The translations under genes and the position numbers were made by a program. A DNA stretch of 64,000 bases. Source: Spongiibacter sp. (lineage in GTDB: Bacteria > Pseudomonadota > Gammaproteobacteria > Pseudomonadales > Spongiibacteraceae). The notes beneath the pieces are model-generated. The model was not told where the DNA came from. It made no database searches and worked only from the letters and a program-made list of their open reading frames with translations. Location of the stretch: NCBI RefSeq assembly GCF_041602295.1, contig NZ_JBFIGO010000003.1, positions 6,115-70,114 on the forward strand. Reading direction: 5' to 3'. Shown here piece by piece: positions 24,348 to 34,420 of the stretch (position 1 is its first letter; the number at the start of each line of letters is the position of its first letter).

Positions 24348-24719
24348 ATGACCAGACCACTGCTTGACCTCGCCCAGGTACATCCCAACATTCAAAGCAA
24401 GCTGGGCGGCAACTACGCCGATACGCTTAAAGAAGTACAAGATGCCATTGCCAGCCATCACGTCGTGGTGGTGGGCATGAAGCAGAACCCGTTTTGCAAA
24501 AAAGTCAGAAAGCATCTGGACGGTGCCGGCGTCCGCTATCACTATCTGGAGTACGGCAGCTACCTCAAGGAATGGCACCGCCGCCTGGCGATCAAGATGT
24601 GGAGCGGCTGGTCAACCTTTCCGATGGTGTTTGTGGCCGGCCAGCTGATTGGTGGCAATCAGGAAACCGAGGCAATGCTCGCCTCTGGAGAGCTGGCCGC
24701 CAACGCAGAAGCCGGCTGA
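24348..24719 (+). CDS. Glutaredoxin-like protein (NPFC active-site variant)
   Basis: VVVVGMKQNPFC, TFPMVFV.GQLIGG cis-Pro and GG motifs. The start at 24348 was preferred. Confidence 0.8.
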   Translation: MTRPLLDLAQVHPNIQSKLGGNYADTLKEVQDAIASHHVVVVGMKQNPFCKKVRKHLDGAGVRYHYLEYGSYLKEWHRRLAIKMWSGWSTFPMVFVAGQLIGGNQETEAMLASGELAANAEAG

Positions 24720-24827
24720 TTACCCGGCACTACACTGGCGATAACGTTCGGCCCCTTATTACCGTAATGGGGCCGCTGTTATTCAATGGCAAGAACACTA
24801 CCGTTCGCGGTGCTTGCTTTATGCCGC

Positions 24828-26228
24828 TCAGAGCATATAACCGGCCAGCGGCGGGTCGACCCGAACCGCGAAGGGAAGGCTAATTTCGTAAACGACGCCG
24901 CCAGTGCCAAAGCCGGCCGGTAGGCCATTGCGCAGGGCACGCTGACTAGCAACGTACAGGCGGCGACCATCGGGCGAGAACGCCGGGCCAGTAACCTCGG
25001 TGACGTTGGGGTCGCCGGGCAGCCTGAGCAGGGGGATGGTGCTGCGGTCGGGCAGCAGTACCATGGCACGCATGTCGCCGCCGTCCTCGACCACGACCAT
25101 TTCGCCGTCCAGTGTCATGGTAATGTTATCGACCCCTGCCAGCGGCGGCTCTTCAGGGTCGACCGGAGAACCCACCGGGCCGTCAGCCGGGTTGTAGATA
25201 CTTTCGATGGTGTTGCCGATAGTGTCGATTGCCCAGATGTTGTCGTCGCTCTTCGTTGAAAAAAACACAAATCCCGAGTGAAACCAGCAGCCTTCATTGC
25301 CCTCGAAGATGGTAGCGTCGTCGAGGTAGACCTCGCTCTGCGGGCGGCCGTCATCGATGGCATTGATCCAGCGGATAGGCACTGGCCCGAGACGGGCGGC
25401 CTCAATGCCGGCGTCAACGGCCAACACCTGCAGCAAGCCCTGCTGCCAGTCCGGCCGATCGCCGGCCGGCCAGGATGAGGCGCTCTCAAAAATCGTGCGG
25501 TAGAAGCGTTCATCGCCGGCCATATCTTCGGTGTGGTAGATGGCGCGGCCCTCCGGGTCGAGGGCAACCATTTCGTGGGCCTTGCGACCAAAGCGATCCA
25601 GCCGCAGAGGCTCACCACCGTCGCGCAGCGGGCTGCACTCAAACATATAGCCGTCGAGAATTTCTTCTCCGTTAACCCACGTTCCCCAAGGCGTGACGCC
25701 ACCCGAGCAGTTGGTGGTGGTGTTGCGCTGTACCGGGTAGGCATCCACCAGGTTGCCGCTGGCATCAAAGCGCAGCGCGCTGACGCCGCCGCGCAGCAAG
25801 CCCAGCGATTCTACATGCTCCCGGGAGGTGCCGGGCAGCCCGGCGGCGCCACCGGTAGTGCTGTCGCGAACCTCACTGTTGGACACATAAATCCAGCCGC
25901 TATCGTCGGTTCGAAACACCGCGCCGCCGTCGGGGTCGGAGTGCCAGAGAAAGCCCGGATTGTCGGGTATCGGCGGCTCATTAAAAACCGCGACGACCCG
26001 CGAGCTGAACCCCGCAGGAAGTTGCACGCCGTTTTCGTCGGGGGCCTGTAGGGGACCGATATTGGCTAGGCGGCTGCGCAGCACGCCGACCGCCGAGCTG
26101 CTGCTACTGTTCCGACAAGCGCTCAGCCAACTCGCGGTGGCGAGACTGCCGGCGGAAAACAGCAGGTTGCGCAGGAAGGCTCGACGGGACTGGCCGCTGC
26201 GCTCAGCGGCTTCAAGGAGTGGGTTCAT
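24828..26228 (-). CDS. PhoX/DUF839-like alkaline phosphatase, Tat-exported lipoprotein
   Basis: SRRAFLR Tat motif plus LSAC lipobox; PDGG, NSE, NCSGG.TPWGTW..GEE, HE, DNIT, EDGG and EVTGPAFSPDG motifs. Confidence 0.8.
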   Translation of the reverse strand: MNPLLEAAERSGQSRRAFLRNLLFSAGSLATASWLSACRNSSSSSAVGVLRSRLANIGPLQAPDENGVQLPAGFSSRVVAVFNEPPIPDNPGFLWHSDPDGGAVFRTDDSGWIYVSNSEVRDSTTGGAAGLPGTSREHVESLGLLRGGVSALRFDASGNLVDAYPVQRNTTTNCSGGVTPWGTWVNGEEILDGYMFECSPLRDGGEPLRLDRFGRKAHEMVALDPEGRAIYHTEDMAGDERFYRTIFESASSWPAGDRPDWQQGLLQVLAVDAGIEAARLGPVPIRWINAIDDGRPQSEVYLDDATIFEGNEGCWFHSGFVFFSTKSDDNIWAIDTIGNTIESIYNPADGPVGSPVDPEEPPLAGVDNITMTLDGEMVVVEDGGDMRAMVLLPDRSTIPLLRLPGDPNVTEVTGPAFSPDGRRLYVASQRALRNGLPAGFGTGGVVYEISLPFAVRVDPPLAGYML

Positions 26229-26450
26229 CAGTGACTACCTGCAGTGTTTGGCAAAGCCCGACCAACTCAGCTGGTGATGGAGTGACTCTGCCGTAATTGT
26301 TGTTATTGTATTGGAAACGATTCCAGCGCCAACGGTTATAGCGAAGTAACCATTCAATGGTCAAGCCTTAGCGCTCTGACGGCAGCGTTGCAACTGCCGC
26401 ACTGCGACAGCTCATTGGCAAATGATTCGCCCCCCGCTTCGCCGTCGCCG

Positions 26451-26732
26451 CTATTGAATAATGTCCCGCCACTTGCGGCTGCGCCGGGCAACCAGCTTGA
26501 CATAGGAACACACCGCCACCGCCTGCCAGCCATGCGTTTCAATGTATTCAAAGGTCTTTTCCACCAGCTCTTTGCCCACGCGGTGGCCGCGCAACTCGGA
26601 CGGCACCTCGGCATGAATCAGATAGAGCTTGCCGTCCTGCTTGCGGTAGTTGACGGTCGCACACGGGCCGTTTTCCAGCGCCAGCACGAATTGCTGTTGC
26701 TGCGGACGGTGTTCGATTACCGTTGCTGCCAT
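26451..26732 (-). CDS. Small GNAT-family acetyltransferase (YjdJ-like)
   Basis: HAEVPSELRGHRVGKELV and AVCSYV motifs; 93 aa from MAATVIEH. Confidence 0.8.
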   Translation of the reverse strand: MAATVIEHRPQQQQFVLALENGPCATVNYRKQDGKLYLIHAEVPSELRGHRVGKELVEKTFEYIETHGWQAVAVCSYVKLVARRSRKWRDIIQ

Positions 26733-26829
26733 ATCCCGTTTCCTGAACCGCTTGTGTGTGTTCAGCGGGCTCGCCATCGCGCCCCCGCCACGGTAATCAC
26801 TTGCGGCCTGGGGCGGCCATTGCTACTAC

Positions 26830-28623
26830 TTAGTAGGCCAGCTCGTCTTCGCTGATATCCATCAGCGCATCGGCACCGGCGAGCATCGCCGCCTTGTGGG
26901 TAGCGGTGCGCGGCAGCAGGCGCTGGAAGTAGAAGCGCGCGGTCTTCACCTTGCCGCGGTACAGGGCGTCATCCACACCGGCATCCAGCTTCTGCTGAGC
27001 CACTTCCGCCATTTGCGCCCAGATGTAAGCGAAGGCGATATAGCCGGAGTACATCAGGTAGTCGACCGAGGCCGCACCGACTTCATCGGCGTTATTCATC
27101 GCCTTCTCGCCCACCGCCATGGTGACCTCGCCCCACTCCTTGTTGAGCTCGGCCAGCGGGGCAATAAACTCGGCCATCGCCGCATTGTCTTTATGCGCTT
27201 CACAGTATTTGTGAATCATCTTGGTGAAATGGCGCAGCACTTCGCCGCCGCTGCCCATCACCTTGCGACCAATCAGGTCCAGCGACTGAATGCCGGTGGT
27301 GCCCTCGTATACCGTGGAGATACGGTTGTCGCGGGCGATACGCTCCATACCGTGCTCGCTGATATAACCGTGACCGCCAAACACCTGCATCCCCAGGTAG
27401 GTGACCTCCTGGGCGGTTTCGGTACAAAACGCCTTGGCGATCGGCGTCAGCAGCTCCAGCAATTTACCGGCGTGGGCCTGCTGCTCCTCATCGCCGTGCT
27501 TGGTCAAATCCACTTGCTGGGCCAGCCAGTAAATAAATGCGCGCTGGCCTTCGACAAAGGCTTTCTGGGTCAGCAGCATGCGGCGCACATCGGGGTGCAC
27601 AATAATCGGGTCGGCGGGGCCATCGGGATTTTTCGGGCCGGTCAGCGAGCGCATTTGCAGACGTTCACGGGCGTAGTCGATCGCGCCCTGATAGGAAATT
27701 TCACCCATTGCCAGGCCTTGCAGAGCAGTGCCCAGACGCGCCGAGTTCATCAGTTTGAACATGATCTCCAAACCGCGATTTTCTTCACCGAGCAACACCG
27801 CGCGGGCGCCGTCGTAGTTCATCACGCAGGTAGCCGAGGCTTTCAGGCCCATTTTCTTTTCAATAGAGCCACAGGTGATGTTATTGAAGTCGCCCATTGA
27901 GCCGTCTTCGTTAACCCAGTATTTCGGCGCAATAAACAGCGACACACCCTTGGTACCTTCCGGCGCCCCTTCCACCCGCGCCAGGATGGCGTGAATGATA
28001 TTGTCGGTCATATCCTGCTCGCCACCGGAAATAAAGATCTTGGTGCCCTGCAGGGTATAGGTGCCGTCATCGTTTTTGCTGGCCTTGGTGCGCAGCAGGC
28101 CCACGTCAGAGCCACAGTGCGACTCGGTCAGGCACATGGCACCCGCCCACTCGCCGCTGAGCAGCTTGGGCAAATAGCGCTGTTGCTGCTCTTCAGTACC
28201 ACCGTTTAACAGGCAAGTCACCGGCGCCAGCGCCAGCCCGCCGTACATGCTGAACGCCCAGCTGGGGGCGCCAACCATTTCGCTAATCACCGAATTCAGC
28301 GAGCCCGGCAGCCCCTGACCACCCGCCTCGGCGGGAATACTCAGCCCCTGCCAGCCGCCTTCGCCCCACTGGCGAAACGCATCTTTGAAACCATCGGGGG
28401 TAGTCACCTTGCCATCGCTAAACGTGCAACCCTGCTCGTCGCCAATAGCGGCGATCGGGTTGACCACGTTTTCAGCAAACTTGGCACCCTCGCTGATAAT
28501 GGCATCCATCAGATCGCTGCTGAGCTGTTCGCAGCCCTGCAATCCAGCATAGTGCTGCTCACTGTTGAGCAGATCTTTCAGGACAAAATCGATATCGCGC
28601 AGGGGGGCTTTGTAGTCGGCCAT
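26830..28623 (-). CDS. Acyl-CoA dehydrogenase (FadE5-like, about 600 aa)
   Basis: MADYKAPLRD, AMCLTESHCGSDVG, GTKIFIS, IEKKMG and YEGTTGIQSLDL motifs. Confidence 0.92.
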   Translation of the reverse strand: MADYKAPLRDIDFVLKDLLNSEQHYAGLQGCEQLSSDLMDAIISEGAKFAENVVNPIAAIGDEQGCTFSDGKVTTPDGFKDAFRQWGEGGWQGLSIPAEAGGQGLPGSLNSVISEMVGAPSWAFSMYGGLALAPVTCLLNGGTEEQQQRYLPKLLSGEWAGAMCLTESHCGSDVGLLRTKASKNDDGTYTLQGTKIFISGGEQDMTDNIIHAILARVEGAPEGTKGVSLFIAPKYWVNEDGSMGDFNNITCGSIEKKMGLKASATCVMNYDGARAVLLGEENRGLEIMFKLMNSARLGTALQGLAMGEISYQGAIDYARERLQMRSLTGPKNPDGPADPIIVHPDVRRMLLTQKAFVEGQRAFIYWLAQQVDLTKHGDEEQQAHAGKLLELLTPIAKAFCTETAQEVTYLGMQVFGGHGYISEHGMERIARDNRISTVYEGTTGIQSLDLIGRKVMGSGGEVLRHFTKMIHKYCEAHKDNAAMAEFIAPLAELNKEWGEVTMAVGEKAMNNADEVGAASVDYLMYSGYIAFAYIWAQMAEVAQQKLDAGVDDALYRGKVKTARFYFQRLLPRTATHKAAMLAGADALMDISEDELAY

Positions 28624-28763
28624 CTCAAACCTCACGGGGCTATAATTTGCAAAAAATGTCGCCGCAGCATAGCAGATAGGGCAGACCGCGTTATTAACAT
28701 TGGGGGTCAAACCAAGAACAGATCGTGCTCACTCGCGCCAGATCGCCGCCATTTCGGCGCTGC

Positions 28764-30515
28764 TTAGCCGCTGCTGGCCAACCAGCTGTACGCGTAGGGT
28801 GGCAGCAATAGATCACCGCACTCGGCGGCAATCTCGGCGCCGCTCAGCAGCTCTCGCCAACACAAATCGGCATCCAGGTTAAGCTCCGAGATCGGCAGTG
28901 TTTGCGCCTCTGCCGTCAAATTATAGATCGCCAACAGCGTCTGTGGCGCCGCTTCCCCGGCGCGGCTCTCGCGGCGCAGGCCAAACAGCTTATCGCCCAA
29001 ATGCAGCGGGTACTGGGCCGCATTGGGGTGAAACGCGGCTTGCTCGGCGCGGCGGGCAATCAATGCCTTCAGGGCCTCAAAAATCCGCCGTTGATGCCCG
29101 CCCTCGCCCAGCGCCTGCGCCAGTTCGTCGGCCTGCCATTGGTGGCGGTTGATGGCGCGATTGTGATTGCTATTGGCCACCCGCTTTTCATCATTGCCGG
29201 TGGCCAACAAGCTGTGGATATACAGCGCGGGGATGCCTTGCAGCGACAGCATCAGCGCGTGGGCACAGAGATAGCGCGCCTCCTGAAAGCCATCTTCGCC
29301 GGCGCCGCGACGGCGGCGCATGGCATCAAACAGGCTGATGTTAATTTCGTAGGGCCGGCTCTCGCCACTGCCCAGCGCCCGCCACGACACCAAGCCGCCG
29401 CTTTGCTGCATCAAACTCACCAGGGCATCCACTTCCTCGTCGGCCAGCAAGCCCTCTACCGGGCGCAGGCCGATGCCGTCGTGCGAGGCGATAAAATTAA
29501 AATAGGTGGTACCGTCCTGGGCCGCCGGCATGCCCATCATCCAGCGCGTCAGCGCCGAGCTGTCGGCACTGACCAGGGCGTGCAACAGTAGCGGCGGCAG
29601 CGAAAAGTTGTAGACCATATGGGCTTCGTTGGCATTGCCAAAATACGCCAGGTTCTCGCGCAGCGGGATATTCGTTTCGGTAATCAGAATGGCGTCGGGC
29701 GCGGCGTGCTCTATCAAGCTGCGCAGCAAGCGAACAATTTCATGGGTCTGAGCGAGGTTTAAACAGCTGCCGCCCACCTCCTTCCACAAAAAGGCCACGG
29801 CATCCAAACGAAAAATTCTCACCCCTTGGTCGAGGTAGTGGCGAATAATGCTGACAAACTCTAACAGCACCTCCGGATTGCGGAAATTGAGATCGACCTG
29901 ATCGTGGCTGAAGGTACACCAGACATGGCGCTTGCCATCCAGGGTCTGCACTTCGGCCAGCAGCTCGCTGGTGCGCGGCCTGACCACCGCCGACAGGTCC
30001 CACTGCGGATCGGCTTCAACAAAGTAGTCCTTGCCCGGGTCGCGGCGCTGCTTAAAATTCTCAAACCACTGACTGCGGCTGGAACAGTGGTTAATCACCA
30101 GGTCGGCCATCAAATCAAAATCCCGGGCAATGGCGCTGATGTCCTGCCACTCCCCCAGCGCGGGGTTGACCGACACATAATTGATCACCGAAAAGCCGTC
30201 GTCCGAGCTCCAGGGATAAAACGGCAGAATATGCACACCGCTGATCACCCCTCGGCACTCGCGCCGCAAAAAGTCGTGTAGGGTATGCAGCGGCCACTCA
30301 CCCTCTTTAAGCAGCGAGTCCCCATAGGTAATCATCAGACAATCGCGCTGGCTCCACAGATTCTTGTGGCGCTCGGGCATAAAGCAGCGCTGATCCAGCT
30401 CCATCAGCGCAATCATTCTCTCCAGCAGTGGCAGCGCGTCGCGCTCGGGGTAAATCTGCTGAAGCTGCGCGGCCAGGGTATCGCGCAGGTGTTGCAGAGC
30501 CGTCGCGACCGTCAT
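28764..30515 (-). CDS. GH13_18 sugar phosphorylase, likely glucosylglycerate phosphorylase
   Basis: FRLDAVAFLWK (nucleophile), ITETN (acid/base), FIASHDGIG and PYEIN motifs, plus operon context. Confidence 0.85.
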   Translation of the reverse strand: MTVATALQHLRDTLAAQLQQIYPERDALPLLERMIALMELDQRCFMPERHKNLWSQRDCLMITYGDSLLKEGEWPLHTLHDFLRRECRGVISGVHILPFYPWSSDDGFSVINYVSVNPALGEWQDISAIARDFDLMADLVINHCSSRSQWFENFKQRRDPGKDYFVEADPQWDLSAVVRPRTSELLAEVQTLDGKRHVWCTFSHDQVDLNFRNPEVLLEFVSIIRHYLDQGVRIFRLDAVAFLWKEVGGSCLNLAQTHEIVRLLRSLIEHAAPDAILITETNIPLRENLAYFGNANEAHMVYNFSLPPLLLHALVSADSSALTRWMMGMPAAQDGTTYFNFIASHDGIGLRPVEGLLADEEVDALVSLMQQSGGLVSWRALGSGESRPYEINISLFDAMRRRRGAGEDGFQEARYLCAHALMLSLQGIPALYIHSLLATGNDEKRVANSNHNRAINRHQWQADELAQALGEGGHQRRIFEALKALIARRAEQAAFHPNAAQYPLHLGDKLFGLRRESRAGEAAPQTLLAIYNLTAEAQTLPISELNLDADLCWRELLSGAEIAAECGDLLLPPYAYSWLASSG

Positions 30516-31735
30516 GCGCCGTACTCATCGGTGTCCGCCGCCACCGCCGCCAGCAGCTCTGCCGGCAACTGCGGCTCGGCGCTGCACACCCGATTCCAAC
30601 TGGGTATAAATGGGGTTTCCATCGGATTGTCCAAAAAGGCATTGCCCGCCTTGACGATATTGCCGGCAAACAGCTCCACCGCCTCCTCTTCGCGATGCAG
30701 GTCCAGGTCCAGGCCGTTCATCACCGCGTCATTGCGATAGCTTTCAACAAAATCCAGCGCCACGCGGAAATAGGTCGCCTTGATCGAACGAAAGGTCTCG
30801 CTGTTAAACACCACCCCGGTGGTCGCCAGCTTGCGGAAAATGGCCTTGGAAATATCGATCGACATCTTCGACAGGCCGCCAGCATCGTTGTCGGCCGACA
30901 GCGACTGGTGCTTGTGGTCGTAGGCATCGGCGATATCCACCTGGCACAGGCGGTTGGTGGAATAGTTGCGGTACATCTCCGACAACACGCCGATTTCCAA
31001 GCCCCAGTCACTGGGAATACGCAGATCATTGAGTACATCGCGACGCATCGAAAACTCGCCGGACAGGGGGTAGCGGTAGCTATCGAGATACTCTAGATAA
31101 TCCAGGTCGCCGAAGATTTTTTTCAGCGAGCGAATCAGCGGCGTGACCAGCAGCCGGCTGACCCGGCCATTCATCCGGCCGTCCGCCACCCGCGCATAAA
31201 AACCCTTGCAGAACTCATAGTTAAACCCCGGATTGGCCACCGGATAAAACAGCTGGGCCAGCAAGCGTCGGTCGTAGGTCAGAATATCGCAGTCGTGCAG
31301 AGCGATGGCCTCGCTGCGGTCAGAGGCCAGCACATAGCCCATGCAGTACCACACATTGCGCCCCTTGCCCGCTTCCATGGGCGCCAGCCCCCGCGACTGC
31401 AGGCGGGCATCCAGTGCCCGCAGGCGCGGGCCGTCATTCCACAGCACGCGGTGGCGCTGGGGCAGGCGACTGAAAAACTTCAGCGCGTGGCGGTACTGGG
31501 CCTCGTCGGCCTGATCCAGGCCAATGACCACCTCTTCCAGGTAGGGCACCTTGGCGATTTCATCAATAATATGCCCCAGCGCCGGCCCTTCCAGCTCGGA
31601 AAACAGCGACGGCAGCACCAGCGCCATCGGCCGGTGACGCGCAAAGCCGCTGAGCTCCGCCTCCAGCTCCGCCACCGGTCGATCAACAAGATTGTGCAGG
31701 GTAGTGATAATGCCGTTCTGATAAAAATCCGCCAT
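30512..31735 (-). CDS. gpgS: Glucosyl-3-phosphoglycerate synthase-like glycosyltransferase
   Basis: MADFYQNG.ITTLH, GKGRNVW, LHDCDI, YPLSGEF and DWGLEIG motifs. Confidence 0.8.
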   Translation of the reverse strand: MADFYQNGIITTLHNLVDRPVAELEAELSGFARHRPMALVLPSLFSELEGPALGHIIDEIAKVPYLEEVVIGLDQADEAQYRHALKFFSRLPQRHRVLWNDGPRLRALDARLQSRGLAPMEAGKGRNVWYCMGYVLASDRSEAIALHDCDILTYDRRLLAQLFYPVANPGFNYEFCKGFYARVADGRMNGRVSRLLVTPLIRSLKKIFGDLDYLEYLDSYRYPLSGEFSMRRDVLNDLRIPSDWGLEIGVLSEMYRNYSTNRLCQVDIADAYDHKHQSLSADNDAGGLSKMSIDISKAIFRKLATTGVVFNSETFRSIKATYFRVALDFVESYRNDAVMNGLDLDLHREEEAVELFAGNIVKAGNAFLDNPMETPFIPSWNRVCSAEPQLPAELLAAVAADTDEYGA

Positions 31736-31822
31736 AACTCGGTCCTTGTTATTTATTTTAAGTGCCGCTGTCCGCGGTGGGCGCCGCCCGGCTCCCTATA
31801 GCCACGCATTTTTTGTGCCGCT

Positions 31823-32632
31823 TTACTCTTCGTCCAACAGGTCCAGCAAACTGCGATTCCAGCCCGCCGGGCCCTCCTGCTCGCTCAGCCACACTCTCCC
31901 GCGGGGCGCGGGAATCGACGGCGGCGCGTGGCTGGGCGAACGTATCACCACCGCCTCGTCGGCCAGCGCCAGCATCGGCACATCATTGCCGCCGTCACCC
32001 AGCGCAATGCACCGCGGCGTCGGGCAGTCGGCCAGCAGTTGCGGGGCCAACCACTGCATGGCGCAGCCCTTGTCGCAGTGATCACTGATATGCACAAAGC
32101 GGCCACCGCGCTGGGCGCGCAAACCCTCGGCCCGCAGACAGTCCTCAAACTGTCGCCACGGCCCCTCACCGCCCCGCCAGACAATGGGCTCGGAATAGTC
32201 GCGCTGCAGGGCCAGCTCCGCCTCATTTTGGTGCAAGCCAGTCAGGGCGCACAGCCCCTCGACATCCATGTCGGCAAAGCCTTGAAAGTCGAAGCCCCGC
32301 TCGCGACGCCAGCGCTGCAGCAGGGGCAAAAACTCACTGCGCGGTCGCGCCAGGGCCTTCACACGCCCCCAGCGCCCGCTGGCCAGCGACGGCGGGCCGG
32401 CCTCGGGAAATATCACCGCCGCGCCGTTCTCCACAATATAGGGATAGGGGTTAGCCAGCTGCCGGCGCAGCTTAGCGATCTCCGCCGCCGTTTTACTGCT
32501 GTTTAGGACCAGCGGGATACTCCGCCTAGCCAACAGTGCCAGGGCCTCGCCAGCCGCCGCAAAGCTGTAGTTGTGGTGATCGAGCAAACTGCCGTCAAGA
32601 TCGGTAAATACCACTGTCGCGCGGGCCATCAC
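31823..32632 (-). CDS. Glucosyl/mannosyl-3-phosphoglycerate phosphatase (HAD IIB)
   Basis: FTDLDGSLLD, SSKT, IVENG, GGRF.H and ALGDGGND motifs. Confidence 0.88.
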   Translation of the reverse strand: MMARATVVFTDLDGSLLDHHNYSFAAAGEALALLARRSIPLVLNSSKTAAEIAKLRRQLANPYPYIVENGAAVIFPEAGPPSLASGRWGRVKALARPRSEFLPLLQRWRRERGFDFQGFADMDVEGLCALTGLHQNEAELALQRDYSEPIVWRGGEGPWRQFEDCLRAEGLRAQRGGRFVHISDHCDKGCAMQWLAPQLLADCPTPRCIALGDGGNDVPMLALADEAVVIRSPSHAPPSIPAPRGRVWLSEQEGPAGWNRSLLDLLDEE

Positions 32633-33522
32633 CCCTCCTCCCGATAATAGACCGCGGTGATTTCACGCTGCGCATCCAGGCACATACGCGCGTCGGCCAG
32701 TGCCGGCAAGACCGCCAGAGCATGGCGACTAAGGCGCTCGTAATGACTGATAAAGCGCCGCAACTGTTCGGCATTCATAAACTGCGCCGCGCGATCATCG
32801 CCACGGCGCTGCGCCAGCTTCTGTTCCTGCTCACCCCGCCAGCGCGCGACGCAGTCAAAGCTGGGGGCCTGCAGCATTAACAGGTAGTCAATCTCGGCAA
32901 ACAGTCCTTGATAGGCGCCCGCCAATTGCCCGTTCACCCAGCTTCGCCACTGGCCGTCTGCGTCTTCCTCTGCCTCCAGAGCATTTACTGGCGCGACCAG
33001 CTCAGCCGGCGCTTGCGGTGGCACGCCCAGACACCAGCCCTCAAAAATAACCAGATCCGCTGCCGCCACTTGCGGCCAGTCGGCGTCCGCCAGCGGCTCG
33101 TCGCGGGCCTTATCAAACCGCGGCAGAGCGCAGGGCCAACCCGCGCGCAGAGCCGCCAAGGTAGTGCGAGCCAAAGGCGTATCGTGGGTGCCCGGCACAC
33201 CTCGGGTGGCGAGCAAGGGGTGCCGGCGCTGCGCCAAGCGGCGGCGATCCGCTGAGGATAAGTAAAAATCATCCAGTGACACAGAGGCGATATTCAGGCC
33301 GTGGTGGCGAGTCAAATACCACTGGTAAAACGCCGCCAGGGTCGATTTGCCACTGCCCTGGGCGCCCTGTATTCCCAGCACTTTCAGGTCGTCGCCGCGC
33401 TGCGCCAACAAGCGCTCGATAAACGGCAAGAAAACCCCCTCAACCTGCCGGCGATAACTCTGCGGCAGTGATTCGCGCTGTAAAAAATCGTCTAAGCCCG
33501 CAAGCTGAAAAGACAAGACCAC
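32629..33522 (-). CDS. GLYK-type D-glycerate 3-kinase-like P-loop kinase
   Basis: GIQGAQGSGKST, SLDDFYL, TRGVPGTHD, PRFDKA.D and FEGWC motifs. Confidence 0.8.
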   Translation of the reverse strand: MVLSFQLAGLDDFLQRESLPQSYRRQVEGVFLPFIERLLAQRGDDLKVLGIQGAQGSGKSTLAAFYQWYLTRHHGLNIASVSLDDFYLSSADRRRLAQRRHPLLATRGVPGTHDTPLARTTLAALRAGWPCALPRFDKARDEPLADADWPQVAAADLVIFEGWCLGVPPQAPAELVAPVNALEAEEDADGQWRSWVNGQLAGAYQGLFAEIDYLLMLQAPSFDCVARWRGEQEQKLAQRRGDDRAAQFMNAEQLRRFISHYERLSRHALAVLPALADARMCLDAQREITAVYYREEG

Positions 33523-33680
33523 CCTCCTATATGCCGCCGCACACTATCCGGGCACAAGCGCGCCCTCTATCAGCTTAGGCTATATATCAAGCAGGTTTCT
33601 TGCCAAATAATCTTAGTAAAAGAGAAAAGTGCGGGGAGAGAGAACGGGCCGAAGAATATCGACCCGAAACGACACATCGA

Positions 33681-34145
33681 TCAGTGTACGTGGCCGTGGG
33701 CGATCTCTTCTTCGCTCGCCGCACGCACCTCGGCAATGCTGACGTCAAAGTGCAGAGTTTGGCCTGCCAGTGGGTGATTGGCATCGACGGTGACATTCTC
33801 GTCATCGACCGCTTTAACCACAACCATCTGCATCTGGCCACCTTCGCCCTGTGCCTGAAACTGCATACCGACTTCGATCTGCTCTACGCCCTGAAAAGCA
33901 GCGCGTGGCACAGCCTGAATTAATTCAGGGTTGAGCTCGCCGTAGGCATCGCCCGGTTGCACAGTCACTTTCAACTCGTCACCCGCCGCTTTACCTTCCA
34001 GCTCGCGCTCCAAGCCGGGGATAATGCCACCGTGGCCATGCAGATAAGCCAGCGGATCCTGGCCTTTAGATGAATCGAGTTCAACACCGTTGTCATCGGT
34101 GAGGGTGTAGTGAAATGCCACCACGCAATCGTTGGCAATGTTCAT
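33681..34145 (-). CDS. slyD: FKBP-type peptidyl-prolyl isomerase SlyD
   Basis: YLHGHGGIIPGLE and VDANHPLAGQTLHFDV motifs; short His tail AHGHVH. Confidence 0.92.
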   Translation of the reverse strand: MNIANDCVVAFHYTLTDDNGVELDSSKGQDPLAYLHGHGGIIPGLERELEGKAAGDELKVTVQPGDAYGELNPELIQAVPRAAFQGVEQIEVGMQFQAQGEGGQMQMVVVKAVDDENVTVDANHPLAGQTLHFDVSIAEVRAASEEEIAHGHVH

Positions 34146-34420
34146 GGGAACCTCCCGTTAAAATGAGCCGGCAAGCATGACAGCTTTGCACGGCGAGGTC
34201 ACGCCAACAGCTGCAATCCCGGTGATATTCGCCAAAGTTGTAGGCTTAACTCAGAAGTTCCCTCCCCTTGCCGGGCGACTTTTGACAAGCGCCGGGAATC
34301 CGCAACGCGGTGCAGGGGCGGCTAGCACACGGCGCGCCCGGCCGCCGACAAGCGGCATATTTACCCCCGCGGCCAAACTGCGCCACCCAGGAAAAGCACG
34401 CTTAGCAGCGCCTATGGGGC

